Below, piece after piece: positions 62,248 through 64,000 of a DNA stretch of 64,000 bases. This DNA comes from Chloroflexota bacterium. GTDB taxonomy: Bacteria; Chloroflexota; Dehalococcoidia; GIF9; UBA5629. The DNA is taken from the NCBI GenBank assembly GCA_016865855.1, contig VGNX01000005.1:165-64164 (forward strand), written 5' to 3'. Below the pieces are notes generated by a model. The model saw only the letters and a list, made by a program, of their open reading frames with translations, was not told where the DNA came from and did no database searches. Within the stretch, counting starts at the first letter, position 1, and each line of letters begins with the position of its first letter. A program made the translations under genes and the position numbers.

Positions 62248-63846
62248 ATGAACATTGGCAGTCTCATCGAAGACAACATTAAGAGGTTCGGTGAATATGA
62301 AAGTGTCTACTTTGAAGGCAAATGGTATACCAACGCTGAGGCAAACCGCAACGCCAATCGACTGGGCAACGCGCTCAAAGCGCTCGGCATCAGCAAAGGG
62401 GATCGAGTAATAGTACAAATGCCCAATAGCCCTCCTGTATTTTCAGCCTTCCCGGCCATATATAAGATAGGTGGTATAGTCGTGCCACTGAATCCATTGC
62501 TGAGGCCCGACCAAGCCTCCTACATATACCGCGACTGCGGAGCAAAAGCTATCCTGACCAGTTCCGATTACCTGGGCTGGATCAAGGATGCACAGAGCCG
62601 TGCGCCAAGCTTGAAACACCTCATATTAACTGACCGAGACGATGTCCCTGACACCGTTTCCTATCGTGAACTATTGTCAAGCAGTTCAGATAAACTTGCA
62701 ATAGAAGAGACCAACAATGATGACGTTGCCGCCCTACTATATACCGCCGGTACCACAGGGCAGCCTAAAGGAGTAATGCACACCCACTATTCCCTCTACA
62801 TCAATGCCTTGTCATTCTATGAATACATTATGGTTCACCGCTCCGTGACATTGCGCTTGACTAGCCGCGCCCTAAACGCCAAAACACTCCAATCCAATGA
62901 AGTCACTCAACAAGTTTCTGGCATCAATCGAGCGATGGTGAGCCTGGGTGTGCTGCCTCTATCGCACTCCTATGGCATCGCCTTCAGTAATACAGGTTCC
63001 TTCGTAGGCGGAAAGGCAGTCGTGCTGAAGTGGTGGAACGTTGAGGAGGCATTGAAGGCCATTCAAACTTTCCGGGTTAATCACATAGCGGCAGTTCCCA
63101 CCATGTACATCCAGATGCTGGAGTTTCCCGACCTGGACAAATACGACCTAAGTTCACTTGAAGAGTGTAACTCGGGTGGGGCAGCACTCCCTGTAGAAGT
63201 AGCCTTAAGGTGGAAACAAAAAGTAGGTGTCGATATTAGAGAAGGTTGGGGCCTAACTGAATCGGGAGCCACTACCACAGGTCAGCCGGCTGACCTCTCC
63301 CCCAGATACGGCTCCGTTGGCAAATGCTTGCTTAAATGCAATACCATAAAGGTTTTCGATGATAGTGGTCGCGAGCTTCCACCTGGGCAGCGAGGGGAAA
63401 TCGTAGTCAAAGGCCCTACATTGATGAAAGGCTACTGGAATCTGCCTGAGGATACAGCGCAGACTATCAAGAACGGCTGGCTCCATACCGGCGACATAGG
63501 CTATGTGGATGAGGAAGGTTATCTTTACATCACCGACCGCAAAAAGGATATAATCATTCGAGGAGGAGAGAATGTATCACCTAGAGAAGTGGAGGAGGTT
63601 CTTTATCAACATCCCAAAGTTGTCGAGGCAGGAGTTATCGGCATACCTGATAAGGTCTATGGCGAAGAGATAAAAGCTTTCGTGGTTCTTAAACCAGGAG
63701 AGCAAGCCAGCGAAGAAGAAATAGTCGCCTTTTGCAAGGAACGCTTGCCCACCTTCAAGATACCGAAAAAAGTGCAATTTATAGAGTCATTGCCCAAGAA
63801 CCTTTTGGGCAAGGTGCTAAGAGCAGAATTGCGCAACCTCGGATAG
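62248..63846 (+). CDS. Long-chain-fatty-acid--CoA ligase
   Basis: YTAGTTGQPKGVM.TH, EGWGLTES, WLHTGDIG, DRKKD.IIRGGENV.P.EVE, LPKN..GK.L. Confidence 0.92.
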   Translation: MNIGSLIEDNIKRFGEYESVYFEGKWYTNAEANRNANRLGNALKALGISKGDRVIVQMPNSPPVFSAFPAIYKIGGIVVPLNPLLRPDQASYIYRDCGAKAILTSSDYLGWIKDAQSRAPSLKHLILTDRDDVPDTVSYRELLSSSSDKLAIEETNNDDVAALLYTAGTTGQPKGVMHTHYSLYINALSFYEYIMVHRSVTLRLTSRALNAKTLQSNEVTQQVSGINRAMVSLGVLPLSHSYGIAFSNTGSFVGGKAVVLKWWNVEEALKAIQTFRVNHIAAVPTMYIQMLEFPDLDKYDLSSLEECNSGGAALPVEVALRWKQKVGVDIREGWGLTESGATTTGQPADLSPRYGSVGKCLLKCNTIKVFDDSGRELPPGQRGEIVVKGPTLMKGYWNLPEDTAQTIKNGWLHTGDIGYVDEEGYLYITDRKKDIIIRGGENVSPREVEEVLYQHPKVVEAGVIGIPDKVYGEEIKAFVVLKPGEQASEEEIVAFCKERLPTFKIPKKVQFIESLPKNLLGKVLRAELRNLG

Positions 63847-63916
63847 TTACTATATCAGAGTTTATCAAACCTCATCAAGAACAGCTGACTAAGAGCCAGT
63901 CATCAGAGCTTCATAG

Positions 63917-64000
63917 AGGCTGTCCGAAAACTCTAAGTGGCAATTTTTCTCTCCACTTTGTGGGAAAAGTTATAGCTACATTGGTGATACACATTAAACA
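63917..64000. mobile_element. MITE copy C (truncated by window end)
   Basis: AGGCTGTCCGAAAACTCTAA...TTGGTGATACACATTAAACA matches the first ~85 bp of copy B. Confidence 0.75.

Overview
Bacterial chromosomal window. It is probably from an anaerobic Chloroflexota (Dehalococcoidia-like) organism; this is inferred from the protein families and the PPIase-hom-thrC-folE block and is not proven. Left part: a four-gene cluster whose products match the mycobacterial 3-O-methylmannose polysaccharide (MMP) enzymes (two ManT-like GT4s, an MmpH-like hydrolase, a MeT1-like O-methyltransferase), a GbsR/MarR-regulated MacAB-type exporter, a housekeeping block and tRNA-Pro(GGG). The remaining ~50 kb is almost entirely acyl-CoA catabolism and uptake. 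It holds an Ltp3/Ltp4-DUF35 aldolase-type operon divergent from a biotin carboxylase-hydratase-BKACE-ACAD operon, two Liv-type ABC importers each linked to an acyl-CoA ligase, and a PhlABC-like thiolase/MaoC/SDR/ACAD operon. It also holds an OhrR-like regulator heading a flavoprotein, three paralogous Fe-S proteins (one with a single in-frame TAG) and two QueG-superfamily genes (one a pseudogene). Non-coding DNA carries three copies of a ~152-bp MITE that contains a GTAG-type REP doublet, free GTAG REPs, and nested TGTCATT-type palindromic repeats. No CRISPR array, integrase, transposase or rRNA was seen. Family assignments come from motif recognition without database searches.
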